Origin: a virus
Lineage: Duplodnaviria; Caudoviricetes
Strand: one strand, 5' to 3'
DNA: 64,000 nucleotides
IMG/VR virus record: IMGVR_UViG_3300029305_004606
Coordinates: 136,991 to 200,990 of that record
The position numbers and the translations under genes are program-made. The notes under the pieces were generated by a model. That model did no database searches and was not told the origin of the DNA. It was given only the letters and a program-made list of their open reading frames with translations. Positions within the stretch are counted from its first letter, which is position 1; every line of letters begins with the position of its first letter. This document shows positions 28,636-38,001 of the stretch, one piece after another.

Positions 28636-29694
28636 ATGGTATTTTCTGTTGAAACAATTAAGGGAAATAAAAATAGAACTCTTAATTCCAGAGAAGAAGA
28701 TTTAATTAACTATGAAGAAATGAACATGTTTCAACTAGCGTTAGAAATGGTATTAGAAGAAAATGTAGAATTCAATAATATGATTTGTACTACAGAAGGT
28801 ATTGGAGATCTTATTGTTGGAGCTGCAGCTGATGCTTTGAAGAGAACCTTGCAGGCTTTAAATCCATATAATCTTTTATCTAAGATTTTTGATTGGTTTG
28901 TAACTTCTCTTGCAAAGTTAGGTAGACATTTTGAAGCTTTTTTATTAAACTTCTTAAACAATGATATTGAGTTAGCTGCTTATAAAAAGAAATTGGAGAA
29001 CTTCAGAAAACCTGTACGAATGCTTGACTCTTATTTTGAATATAAGAATCTTAATCTTTCTACATCTTATACAACATATGAAGCTGAAATTGAAAGAGAA
29101 TATGATATGCTAATCAAAGATCTTTCTAATCTCAGATATATGAAGAGTAATATGGAAATTGCAGAATATATCGACAGTATGGCTGCTATGAATCAGTTTG
29201 AAGAAGCAGATATTGATGCAATGAGAGGAAGAGTATTAGGATTAAACTATCCGGTAACTAAGGAGAATTATGCAGATGAATTGTTCTTGTTCTTTAGAAC
29301 AACTGCTAATCCTATTGAACCTAAGTATAGTTTTGGACAGAAGAATATTTCCGGTGAAAGAGTACATGAAGCTTATAAAGCTTTTTATAATTCATCTGAA
29401 CAGAGAACTCAAATCAGAAGAGATATTAATAAGATGAAGAGAGAAGCGGATAAAGAAAAAGTTAAATGTAAACATGTTAAACCTGATGATTTTATTCCAC
29501 CTCAGTTTTCTATGGATTCTGCTGTAATTAGAATCTACAATGGTATTGTAACTAATAAGTGCAAGAAAATACAGGCTGTTTGTGATGTTTATGTGACTTT
29601 ATTTGGAGCAAAAATAGATGCTCTAAAAGAATACAATAAAACTAATAAGAAAATTTTATTAGAAGCTTGTAAAGAAATTGTAAGGGAGGGCTAA
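28636..29694 (+). CDS. Putative inner-head protein
   Basis: 352 aa; acidic propeptide-like N-terminus ending 'TTE-G'. Confidence 0.65.
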   Translation: MVFSVETIKGNKNRTLNSREEDLINYEEMNMFQLALEMVLEENVEFNNMICTTEGIGDLIVGAAADALKRTLQALNPYNLLSKIFDWFVTSLAKLGRHFEAFLLNFLNNDIELAAYKKKLENFRKPVRMLDSYFEYKNLNLSTSYTTYEAEIEREYDMLIKDLSNLRYMKSNMEIAEYIDSMAAMNQFEEADIDAMRGRVLGLNYPVTKENYADELFLFFRTTANPIEPKYSFGQKNISGERVHEAYKAFYNSSEQRTQIRRDINKMKREADKEKVKCKHVKPDDFIPPQFSMDSAVIRIYNGIVTNKCKKIQAVCDVYVTLFGAKIDALKEYNKTNKKILLEACKEIVREG

Positions 29695-29696
29695 TC

Positions 29697-30677
29697 ATGA
29701 TTTTGAAAGAAGATTATATATTATCTTATAATCTGTTCTTAGCAGAACATGAATTATTTGATTCTCTTATCAATAAGAGCTCCATTGTATTACAGGAATC
29801 TTTGTCTGTAGAAGATTATTCAATTTTGTGCGAAGGTCTTCAAGATACAATAACAAACTATATCAACAAAGTAACTGCAAGTATGCAGCAAGTATGGGAT
29901 AGATTTATTGCTACAGTTGGAACCGATGCTCAGAAAGATTATCTTACAAAAGCTGCTGATAAAGTAAAATCTGGTAATCCTAAATTTGTAATCAATAATT
30001 TTCCTAATTATGATACAAATGTATTTATCGGATATAAAGTTCAGAGATACAATCGTCAAACAATGACTGATGATTTAAAGACTCAGAAAGGTTATATGCA
30101 GAAGAATTATGCTTCGTTATATTCAGAAAGAAATAATATGAATGTAATGTTACAAAAAGCAGTTACAAGAGGTTATACAAATATCCGATGTGATAAAGTT
30201 GTATTAACCAGAGCTTATAACTTTTGCTCTACAGGATTTTATGAGATTAGACAATCTATCGAGAATGATATTAATATTATCAATGAATCTGCTAATACTA
30301 TATTGCAAGGTTTACAGATGGTTCAGTCTACTCAGGAATCAAATATGTTCTATGAAAGTATCATAATTGAAGCTTTAACATCAGGTACACCTGAAAATAA
30401 GGCTACAAAGATGAGTTTCGTTGATAGTGATGGGGCAAAAGTAGAACCTGGTGCAAAAGGTGCTCAAAACCAGAATAGTTTTATCAACCAGATTTCTAAT
30501 TATATGAAGATTAGTACAAACTTAATTAGTGCAAAGATGAAAGCACTGACCAGGATGTATAAAACAAATCTTGATATTGTAAGACATTATGTTGATATCA
30601 CTCAATATGGTGATCCTGTTCCTAATGCTTCGGTACAAAAAGTTGTTACTCAAACTGATCAACAGTCTACAAATTAA
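29697..30677 (+). CDS. Putative inner-head protein
   Basis: 326 aa; LQE-S, LCE-G, FYE-S and IIE-A sites. Confidence 0.65.
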   Translation: MILKEDYILSYNLFLAEHELFDSLINKSSIVLQESLSVEDYSILCEGLQDTITNYINKVTASMQQVWDRFIATVGTDAQKDYLTKAADKVKSGNPKFVINNFPNYDTNVFIGYKVQRYNRQTMTDDLKTQKGYMQKNYASLYSERNNMNVMLQKAVTRGYTNIRCDKVVLTRAYNFCSTGFYEIRQSIENDINIINESANTILQGLQMVQSTQESNMFYESIIIEALTSGTPENKATKMSFVDSDGAKVEPGAKGAQNQNSFINQISNYMKISTNLISAKMKALTRMYKTNLDIVRHYVDITQYGDPVPNASVQKVVTQTDQQSTN

Positions 30678-30683
30678 AAATAA

Positions 30684-30712
30684 TCCCTAGGAAAGATAAT
30701 CTTTCCTAGGGA
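30684..30712 (+). terminator. Terminator (CCCTAG family)
   Basis: TCCCTAGGAAAGA/TCTTTCCTAGGGA. Confidence 0.75.
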
Positions 30713-30718
30713 AAATAA

Positions 30719-30730
30719 AACATTTTAATA
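30719..30730 (+). promoter_or_regulatory. Late promoter AACA-N6-TA
   Basis: AACA-TTTTAA-TA. Confidence 0.65.
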
Positions 30731-30754
30731 AATATTTTAGGAGGTATAATTATT

Positions 30755-31459
30755 ATGATTATAAATGAAAATATTCAGAATATGATTATTAGTAAAAGAT
30801 TGGGTATCCTTGAATCTGAATTGTCAGATTTTAGAGAAGATTTTAAAGCTATTTTGAATGAAGATTTCTCTATTGTGTTAGAAGAAGGTACAGACACTAA
30901 TAAAGAAATGATTGCAATGTTTAGAGCTGATGTAAAAGAATACAAGGCTTATTTCAAATCTGGTATGAAGGCATATAAAGCACACGACAACCAGGAAGCT
31001 ATTGTTCAGTTTACTCGTGCTGTTAAAGTTATTACAGAATTGGATAATAAATTAAGACATATTGATTTATCTACCAATTCTGCTCTTATTAGTAATATTT
31101 TAGGAGCATTAATTTTATTAGGACCATATACAATTGCTCAGTGCTTTTTCTTCTATAATATGAATAAAGCTGAGAAGAATATTCCAATGTTTGTTTGGGC
31201 TACAAGCGATGAAGAAATGGATGCTAAAATGAAAGTTATTAAGAAAGAGAAAGCAAAATATTATGGTAGTGCTGTTGGCAGTATTATAACATCTCTTGTT
31301 GCAATTGTAAAGAGTACAAAGCTTATTAAAACAAATTTAAGCAAACGTTTTTATGGTAAGCCTAGTGTTCTGAGAAATATGCTGGTTAGCTATATATCAA
31401 ATTTTAAAGATGTATGTGAAAATTACATTAAGATGTGCAAAGAAGCAGATAATAAATAA
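30755..31459 (+). CDS. Putative head protein with hydrophobic segments (paralogue family with 44642 and 45685)
   Basis: Propeptide ending 'LEE-G', helical hairpin, hydrophobic stretch, C-terminal 'LRNMLV..ISNFK'. Confidence 0.65.
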   Translation: MIINENIQNMIISKRLGILESELSDFREDFKAILNEDFSIVLEEGTDTNKEMIAMFRADVKEYKAYFKSGMKAYKAHDNQEAIVQFTRAVKVITELDNKLRHIDLSTNSALISNILGALILLGPYTIAQCFFFYNMNKAEKNIPMFVWATSDEEMDAKMKVIKKEKAKYYGSAVGSIITSLVAIVKSTKLIKTNLSKRFYGKPSVLRNMLVSYISNFKDVCENYIKMCKEADNK

Positions 31460-31463
31460 AAAC

Positions 31464-31493
31464 ATCCCTAGACTCGATAAAGAGTCTAGGGAT
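31464..31493 (+). terminator. Terminator (CCCTAG family)
   Basis: ATCCCTAGACTC/GAGTCTAGGGAT. Confidence 0.75.
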
Positions 31494-31522
31494 ATAATTT
31501 GTAAAACTTATCAATTTTGATA

Positions 31523-31539
31523 ATATATTATAATTATGA
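31523..31539 (+). promoter_or_regulatory. Early promoter
   Basis: ATATATTATA-ATTA-TGA. Confidence 0.6.
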
Positions 31540-31609
31540 TAAAGAGTAGAAGCCACTGAGTCCGAATCAGTGGCTTCTAAATCTTCTCTTTATTATGGTG
31601 GTGAGTTTT

Positions 31610-31777
31610 ATGGGTTTTGTTGTCAAAGAACCATATTACTTAGCTAATCAGCCTAACAAAGCTGTATGGTTAACACCCTATGAAGCCTATTGTGTAGAAC
31701 ATAGATTGTTCAACCAATTCGGCTTATCTTTGGACACTTATATGTCCTTGATAGATCCTAACTACCCAACATGTTAG
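31610..31777 (+). CDS. 55-aa hypothetical protein inside a fold-back RNA structure
   Basis: GGTGGTGAG SD-like sequence before ATG 31610; preceded by a 13-bp hairpin at 31547-31579. Confidence 0.45.
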   Translation: MGFVVKEPYYLANQPNKAVWLTPYEAYCVEHRLFNQFGLSLDTYMSLIDPNYPTC

Positions 31778-31905
31778 GTATTCTATCTATTTTTAGGATT
31801 ATTTCTCTATAAGTCATAAAGACTATAAAATAGATTAAGAGTTTGGCTATCTTTTCCAAGTCTCATTTCCTATCAACCACCATTATATTTATGTATACTT
31901 GTGGT

Positions 31906-32241
31906 TTATTTTTTAGCCTCTTCAAGATAATTTAATAGTCTTGCTTTTTCTTCGTCTGTCATAGAATCTTTATTATTAAGCATTTTTGTAAACAGATTTT
32001 CAAAATCATCACTTTCTGCTTTCTTTGTATCATAAAGTCCTATAGCAATTCTTAATGCTTTAACCTTTGTAGTATTTACCTCTACGATTCGTTTCATCTC
32101 TATAGCTTCTTCATGAGTTATTATTTCATGTTTAATTAATAACTGCAATGAAGCTTGAGATAATACTAATGCTTCATAAGTAGATTCTGCTAAAACAGAA
32201 ATATATCTGGACAATAATTCAGTATCATTATATTTTGACAT
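31906..32241 (-). CDS. Hypothetical protein
   Basis: 111 aa, AAGGAGG SD. Confidence 0.75.
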   Translation of the reverse strand: MSKYNDTELLSRYISVLAESTYEALVLSQASLQLLIKHEIITHEEAIEMKRIVEVNTTKVKALRIAIGLYDTKKAESDDFENLFTKMLNNKDSMTDEEKARLLNYLEEAKK

Positions 32242-32294
32242 TTTATAATCCTCCTTCTATTTATAAAGGAGTAAAAAATAATGTAAAAATAAAA

Positions 32295-32327
32295 TACCTT
32301 CTAAGAGAACAATTCTCTTAGAAGGTA
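32295..32327 (-). terminator. Intrinsic terminator
   Basis: TACCTTCTAAGAGAA/TTCTCTTAGAAGGTA, T tract on the minus strand. Confidence 0.75.
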
Positions 32328-32340
32328 CTAATTAAAAATA

Positions 32341-33162
32341 TTAATTACGATGATAATCAGTATCCATTTGATATTCATCTGTATATTTATCACCTGCAGA
32401 CTGCAACCAATTATTTTCTTTATCATATTTGATTTTGAATGTGGTTTTAACAGTTATATTTTTACTACCAGAAGGTACTTTGTTAGCAATAATTTGTAAA
32501 TTATATGAACAATCACCTTTAGAAGATATATGAAAAGAAATACCAGATATTTTCATTCTAGATCTTATATCATTTTCTGAAGGAATTTCATATCCATCAT
32601 CTTTCAAGTCTGTGAATTCAAAATCATCTTTAATAATTTCCAAATGATCTTTAGAAAAAGTACTCAAATATTTCTCTAATCTCTTTTTAAAATCTGAAAT
32701 GGTAGCTTTACATTTTTCATTATACTTATCAATATTATATGATTTATTATAAACATATTGAATCATGGTATTATGAACTGATATATTAGAAGGCTCTGTG
32801 CTACTTTTTTCAGATTCATTCATAATTTTCAAAACAGATTCTGCAACATTTTCCTGTTCTTTTTCTTTCTTCTTATCAGCAATCTTTTTTGCAATAATAC
32901 CAGCACCAGCTAATGTAATTCCTGCTGCTCCAGCACCTGCTGCAATTTTCTTCCCAACTCCAGATCCACTATCAGTAGATTCTTTATTGACTCTTGATTT
33001 AATTCTATTAGCAATACTAGCTACCTTATCAATACCTTTGTTAACTTTTTCTGTCTTATTAGCATACTGAGCTGCAGCTTTTTTCAGTTCTTCTACAGTT
33101 GCTTCTTTAATAGATTCTCTTTTATCTTTAATCAAAGAATTTGTATATTCATTAATAGTCAT
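32341..33162 (-). CDS. Putative head polyprotein with a Gly/Ala hydrophobic peptide
   Basis: 273 aa; IKE-A, NKE-S, VAE-S and MNE-S sites flank 'KKIAAGAGAAGITLAGAGIIAKKIADKKK'; TACA-N6-TA promoter at 33190-33201. Confidence 0.6.
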   Translation of the reverse strand: MTINEYTNSLIKDKRESIKEATVEELKKAAAQYANKTEKVNKGIDKVASIANRIKSRVNKESTDSGSGVGKKIAAGAGAAGITLAGAGIIAKKIADKKKEKEQENVAESVLKIMNESEKSSTEPSNISVHNTMIQYVYNKSYNIDKYNEKCKATISDFKKRLEKYLSTFSKDHLEIIKDDFEFTDLKDDGYEIPSENDIRSRMKISGISFHISSKGDCSYNLQIIANKVPSGSKNITVKTTFKIKYDKENNWLQSAGDKYTDEYQMDTDYHRN

Positions 33163-33216
33163 AATATAACTACCTCCATTTCTATAATTTAATAATTTGT
33201 AATTAATAAAAATATC

Positions 33217-33241
33217 CCCTAGGGTTTTATTAACCCTAGGG
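33217..33241 (-). terminator. Terminator (CCCTAG family)
   Basis: CCCTAGGGTT/AACCCTAGGG. Confidence 0.7.
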
Positions 33242-33252
33242 AATTGCCTGAT

Positions 33253-33549
33253 TTATTGTAATACAAATTTGATCTCTACGTCCGATATAACTTCAATGTT
33301 GACTACAATATTTCTACCGTATACCACAACAGGTCCAGATTGAACTATAGCTATTGCCTGATTTTTATATTCAGGAGAGCTAAACTTCACATTGAACGAT
33401 ATCATATTGTCAGTAGATTCACCTACTGTAACTTCACCGCGATCTTCAACTAATCGTTTCAGAGCAATGAAGTGGTCAAAGAAATGAACAATCATTTCAG
33501 GATAGTTAATACCAGCAATAGAATTGAAGAAATTCAATCTATCAACCAT
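33253..33549 (-). CDS. Hypothetical protein
   Basis: Start re-assigned to the ATG (MVDRL) after GGAGG. Confidence 0.7.
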   Translation of the reverse strand: MVDRLNFFNSIAGINYPEMIVHFFDHFIALKRLVEDRGEVTVGESTDNMISFNVKFSSPEYKNQAIAIVQSGPVVVYGRNIVVNIEVISDVEIKFVLQ

Positions 33550-33570
33550 TGGAATATACCTCCACAACTA

Positions 33571-33798
33571 TCAAGTCATAGCATCTTCGAGTTCATCTTG
33601 CATCTCTTCAGCTTGCTGTGCTTGTTGTTTTTCTGCATCTTTCAACATTTCGATATATTGTTTATATATCGTATGTGAATAATGGTTAGGCATGTTTTCC
33701 AATTCCATCATTGTAGTACATCCTTTAAGATACTTTGTTAGGTTGATTAGCTTAGTGATGTATTCACGAGGCTTCCTAACTGATAACGGGTAAAAACC
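33571..33798 (-). CDS. Probable -1 frameshift extension of the tail/baseplate chaperone (T4 gp51/lambda gpT-like segment)
   Basis: Overlaps the upstream gene in its -1 frame at G GTT TTT; 'MELENMP...IY..YIEML' resembles the gp51-like motif; no clear SD of its own. Confidence 0.55.
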   Translation of the reverse strand, partial: GFYPLSVRKPREYITKLINLTKYLKGCTTMMELENMPNHYSHTIYKQYIEMLKDAEKQQAQQAEEMQDELEDAMT

Positions 33799-35597
33799 AG
33801 CTCTTCTGCTGTTGTCCTCTGTTTCTCTGTAGTATTGTGACACTTAGGACATTCGATAGCAGGATAAACATATCCAATACCGCTTGTCTTTTCAGCAATA
33901 GCCTTAACATAAGCTTTGATGATAGCAAACTCATCAACAGACAGAGTTGAAAGCAGCTGATTGTACTTCTGCACCTTACTTCTGATAGTTCTCTGATTAT
34001 TGTCAGCAAACATCTTGTAGCCGATAGGTGCAAGCTGCTGGTTTTCCATATCGATAGAATAGATCTGATCGATATAAGGAATATAATCAATGATAGAAGA
34101 ATATTCTGCTCTTGTCTTATCATCCATAGAAGCGATCTCAAATACATTGTAAATAGAAGGCTGTCTAAAAGCGATAGCAAGTTTCTCATTCATAGGAACG
34201 ATTTCTGTACAGAAAATACCTTTACCAGCAGGTGTAGCTTCACTCTGGTATAAAGATACAAATTTCTTCTTAGCATCATCATTCTCGAATTCAACCATGC
34301 TCATAATATCAATATCATCAGACAAGAAAGTTTCCTTACAATCTTTATTGATACAATCAGCAGGTAAATAATTTGCTCCCTTAAAAGATGCAATATAGAT
34401 AGCAAAGAAATAGCTGTCTACATCATCAAAAGGAGTAGTCTTTAACCATGTATCGAAAGCGGCAGGCTTAGGACTCATGATATGAGAATAAATCATATTG
34501 AATCTTCTGTTCAAAGCATCAACAGATCTTGCATTCTCAGAATATTCTCTTAATTTCTCAAGTTCTGCACCTGAGAACTCTTTCATCAGAACGATTGACT
34601 GCTGGGTAGGAAGTACCCACTTCGCAACTCTAGCAGAACTTTCTTTAAACATAGGAGTTACATTTGATACCGGCTTCTTAAGAACTGTAAATGAGCTAAT
34701 ATTAAGCTTCTTAGATACAGGTTTAAGTTTTTCTGTAGCAAGAGCCTGAAGATGCTTTAATACGTCTTCATTGTCTGTCTCAGATACAACTTCTTCTTCA
34801 TCTTCTACGATTTCTGTAGCCATAGGGCTTTCATCTGTAACAACGTCTACGTTAATATCTACATCTACTGCCTGAGCAGGAGCAGCATGTTCAACATTCT
34901 TATCTTCTTCAACGACTTTAATATCTTCATCAAATTCGTCTACGATTTCTTCTTCAACTGTCTCTTCAACAGCTTCTTCCTCTCCTAATAATCCAGAGAG
35001 ATCTTCATTTTCAATATTACTCATATTATATGAACCTACCATTCTCTGATCTTCTACCATGTCACCGGCTACAATAACTCCTTCATCACTGTTAGAATCG
35101 TCATAGTCGTCAGTTACCTCATCTCCAAAAGATCCATCAGATTCAGCATTCATTGCAGCTTCCTCTTCAAGAACTCTCTTTTCTTCTTCTTTTTCAGCAA
35201 TCCATTCTGCAGCTTCTGCGTCTTTTTTAGCTACATATTTGCTAAACATTGAATCCGGATTATCGATATCCAACATATCATGCTCTGGGCTAATATGAAT
35301 ATCTTCATCAGGAGCTTCAGGCGTTCCAATAATATCGATAGACGCAACTGTTCTGGATGCAGCAGGAGCAACGTTCTTTTCTTTCGGCAATACAATCTGG
35401 TGATTACCTTTCCTCAAATTACCAAGATTCATTTCGCTTGATTCTGCAGGAGCTTCGACAGAAACACTATCAGATCCACCTGTCATGTCAATGTCCATAG
35501 CTTCACCAGCTTTTACTGTTTTCCCAGTATTAGCAGGAGCAGTTGCATCAAAAGAAATAATCCCAGAGCCATTTTTCAGCTTATCAATTGCACTCAT
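33747..35597 (-). CDS. Baseplate hub / tail assembly chaperone (T4 gp26-like) with long acidic N-terminal extension
   Basis: 'D..YFFAIYIASF.G...C..KDC', 'FRQPS', C-terminal 'CPKCH'; lies next to the gp25-like gene; ATG 35597 follows GGAGGT. Confidence 0.6.
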   Translation of the reverse strand: MSAIDKLKNGSGIISFDATAPANTGKTVKAGEAMDIDMTGGSDSVSVEAPAESSEMNLGNLRKGNHQIVLPKEKNVAPAASRTVASIDIIGTPEAPDEDIHISPEHDMLDIDNPDSMFSKYVAKKDAEAAEWIAEKEEEKRVLEEEAAMNAESDGSFGDEVTDDYDDSNSDEGVIVAGDMVEDQRMVGSYNMSNIENEDLSGLLGEEEAVEETVEEEIVDEFDEDIKVVEEDKNVEHAAPAQAVDVDINVDVVTDESPMATEIVEDEEEVVSETDNEDVLKHLQALATEKLKPVSKKLNISSFTVLKKPVSNVTPMFKESSARVAKWVLPTQQSIVLMKEFSGAELEKLREYSENARSVDALNRRFNMIYSHIMSPKPAAFDTWLKTTPFDDVDSYFFAIYIASFKGANYLPADCINKDCKETFLSDDIDIMSMVEFENDDAKKKFVSLYQSEATPAGKGIFCTEIVPMNEKLAIAFRQPSIYNVFEIASMDDKTRAEYSSIIDYIPYIDQIYSIDMENQQLAPIGYKMFADNNQRTIRSKVQKYNQLLSTLSVDEFAIIKAYVKAIAEKTSGIGYVYPAIECPKCHNTTEKQRTTAEELVFTRYQLGSLVNTSLS

Positions 35598-35645
35598 GTA
35601 ATCTAATACCTCCATTATTATTTTCTATAAATATTATGAAATATC

Positions 35646-36017
35646 TTAATGAAGATCATCCAGTGTAATAGGTTTACTAGTATTATTGGAATCGTAGATA
35701 TACTTCATACCTCCAAGTGATATTTCAATATTAACAACCTTATCAGGTGTCCTAATAATTGCAACATCAGCATTCTGGTAGAACGGTAAGTATGTTTCAA
35801 TCTGTTTCTGGACTCTTGCTCTCAAATCTTCCAAATTAGAAACTCCATATCTGAAAGTTCTAAGACCTACTCCCATATCAGGATGAAGTGGATCATCACC
35901 AGGCTCCATCATAATCAATTCCATTAATCTAGTACCAATAGCTTCCTTATCTTTTAATACAGTCGGCTTATTGAACTTATCAACACCAAAAGAATACTCT
36001 CTGTTTTTGATACTCAT
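35646..36017 (-). CDS. Baseplate wedge subunit, T4 gp25-like
   Basis: 'EAIGTRLMELIMMEPGDDPLHPDMGVGL...QIETYLP' gp25 motif; GACA-N6-TA promoter at 36040-36051. Confidence 0.75.
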   Translation of the reverse strand: MSIKNREYSFGVDKFNKPTVLKDKEAIGTRLMELIMMEPGDDPLHPDMGVGLRTFRYGVSNLEDLRARVQKQIETYLPFYQNADVAIIRTPDKVVNIEISLGGMKYIYDSNNTSKPITLDDLH

Positions 36018-36100
36018 AATTATCTCCTCCTTTTCGGATTATTATCATGTCTTAATTGTAAAATGTTACAAAAATATTATTATTTTGTGACTGATAGAAC

Positions 36101-36112
36101 CACATCTAATTA
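36101..36112 (+). promoter_or_regulatory. Late promoter CACA-N6-TA
   Basis: CACA-TCTAAT-TA. Confidence 0.6.
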
Positions 36113-36135
36113 ATTTGAAATAGGAGGAGAATATT

Positions 36136-38001
36136 ATGTCTAGAATTGTAACGTATAAATGTTTATATTGTGATAATAGATATACTCGCCAAGATTTAGT
36201 AACTCATATAGAAGAAGAACATGAACACGAAATACCAGAAGGTTTTTCTGCTTTTAGACTTGTATTTAATTATGTAAATCATAAGCCACTAAGTTATCAC
36301 GGTAAATGTACAGAATGTGGTAAGCAGACACCTTGGGACGAAAACAAGGGAAGATATGATAGACAGTGTGGTAGAAAGGTTTGTCATGATAGTTACGTTA
36401 AGAAGTTTGAAGAAAATATGATGAAAACTAAAGGTGTAACTAGAATATCTGCTACTGAAGAAGGTCAAAAGAAAATGTTGGCAGCTAGAAAAATATCCGG
36501 AACTTACAAATTTAGTGATGGTGGAGAGAAAACTTATTGCGGTTCTTATGAAAGAAAAGCATTAGAATTCATGGACAAAGTTTTGCAAATTAAATCTGCT
36601 GATATTATGGCTCCCGGTCCTATATTAGAATATGATCATGAAGGTAAGACACATCTTTATATTACCGATTTCTATTATCAACCGTATAATCTTATTATCG
36701 AAGTTAAAGATGGTGGAGATAATCCTAATAAGAGAAATATGCCTGAGTATAGACAGAAGCAGATTGAGAAAGAAAAGTATATTATCAAACATACTAACTA
36801 TAATTATTTAAGATTAACAAATAATGATCTCGAACAGTTATGGTCTGTATTTAGTATGCTCAAATTACAGATGATTGAAAATACAGGTGAAAGAGTTATT
36901 CATGTAAATGAAGCTGTACTTGATAAAGATGTATCAGAATCAGAAATTTCTGCTCCATATTTTATTTATAGTAAAAATGGAGTAGCAAATTGTTGTGTTG
37001 ATATTAAGGGATTTAAACATCCTTTTAGAGCACGATCAACAATGATTCCTTTAAGATATAATAATGGTAAACTTGAAGTATTTGCTAAATGCAAAGAAAA
37101 ATACGGTTTTAAATATCATTTTCCTGGAGGAGGATGGGATCCCAACGAAGATCCTAAAGATGCAGCTATAAGAGAATCTCAAGAAGAATGTAGGCTTAAT
37201 GTAAAAGAAGTCAAATTATGTACAGATATGCTTGAATATGACTCTAATAAAGTTGCAAGTTGGGTAAAGGAAAATGTTCCTGAAGAACATTGGTGGTATG
37301 GATATTATAGTAAAATTTATGCAGGAATTTATACATCAAAATTCAATGGTAAAATTGAAGATGTTGATAAAGATCCTGAAATGTTATCCGGACAGTGGTA
37401 CATATATGAAGATATTAAATCTGATCTTCATGAAAAGTATGTAAAAGCTATCGAGTTTTATATTAATAAAACTAAAAAGATAAGTCCTCTTAATGAGTGG
37501 ATGAATGCTCTTATGTCTGGTAAAGTTGTTGGTATGGAAGATTCTGATGCTTATATTGTAAATTATCTTCCTAAACAAACTTTTACTGGAGAAGAACCCG
37601 AATACAAACAGACACCTAATAATCTTAAAAGAAAATTAGCTGTTTCTAATGGTACTTTTACTAAAGTTGCTCATGTTGATAAAGATGGAATTTTATCTAC
37701 TGGTAACTTTGACGAAATTATTGACGTTAAATCTGCTTCTTATTACAAACTTGATAAAACAGTCAAAGAAGTATCCAAGATATTGGAGTCTCACCTTGGA
37801 GAAGAAGTAAATGATGCCTTTATTTATGAAAGTTTAGTTGGCAAGAAATTGTATACTTTTGACCAGATTCCTTTTACTCTTGAATGTATCGATGATAAAA
37901 TTGTTGATATTCCTGAACTGGTAAAACAAACAATTATTCCAGACAAACTTTCAGAAATTGAAAAATCTATTGAGGAGGTGAAAAATAATGGACAAGTATA
38001 A
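36136..38001 (+). CDS. Zinc-finger + TnsA/T4 gp4-like PD-(D/E)xK nuclease with an inserted Nudix hydrolase domain
   Basis: C2H2 'CLYC..HIEEEH', CxxC pairs, 'GSYE..YITDFY..LIIEVKD', Nudix box 'PGGGWDPNEDPKDAAIRESQEEC'. Confidence 0.75.
   Translation: MSRIVTYKCLYCDNRYTRQDLVTHIEEEHEHEIPEGFSAFRLVFNYVNHKPLSYHGKCTECGKQTPWDENKGRYDRQCGRKVCHDSYVKKFEENMMKTKGVTRISATEEGQKKMLAARKISGTYKFSDGGEKTYCGSYERKALEFMDKVLQIKSADIMAPGPILEYDHEGKTHLYITDFYYQPYNLIIEVKDGGDNPNKRNMPEYRQKQIEKEKYIIKHTNYNYLRLTNNDLEQLWSVFSMLKLQMIENTGERVIHVNEAVLDKDVSESEISAPYFIYSKNGVANCCVDIKGFKHPFRARSTMIPLRYNNGKLEVFAKCKEKYGFKYHFPGGGWDPNEDPKDAAIRESQEECRLNVKEVKLCTDMLEYDSNKVASWVKENVPEEHWWYGYYSKIYAGIYTSKFNGKIEDVDKDPEMLSGQWYIYEDIKSDLHEKYVKAIEFYINKTKKISPLNEWMNALMSGKVVGMEDSDAYIVNYLPKQTFTGEEPEYKQTPNNLKRKLAVSNGTFTKVAHVDKDGILSTGNFDEIIDVKSASYYKLDKTVKEVSKILESHLGEEVNDAFIYESLVGKKLYTFDQIPFTLECIDDKIVDIPELVKQTIIPDKLSEIEKSIEEVKNNGQV

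Noticed and set aside
33799-33843. GTG start for the 90-aa ORF
   Set aside because: No SD and deep overlap with the chaperone's CPKC motif; frameshift entry is more plausible.
36136-36900. Tn7-like transposon or homing endonuclease
   Set aside because: The TnsA-like domain is in a late structural operon with no tnsB/C or terminal repeats; it fits the T4 gp4-like head completion nuclease.
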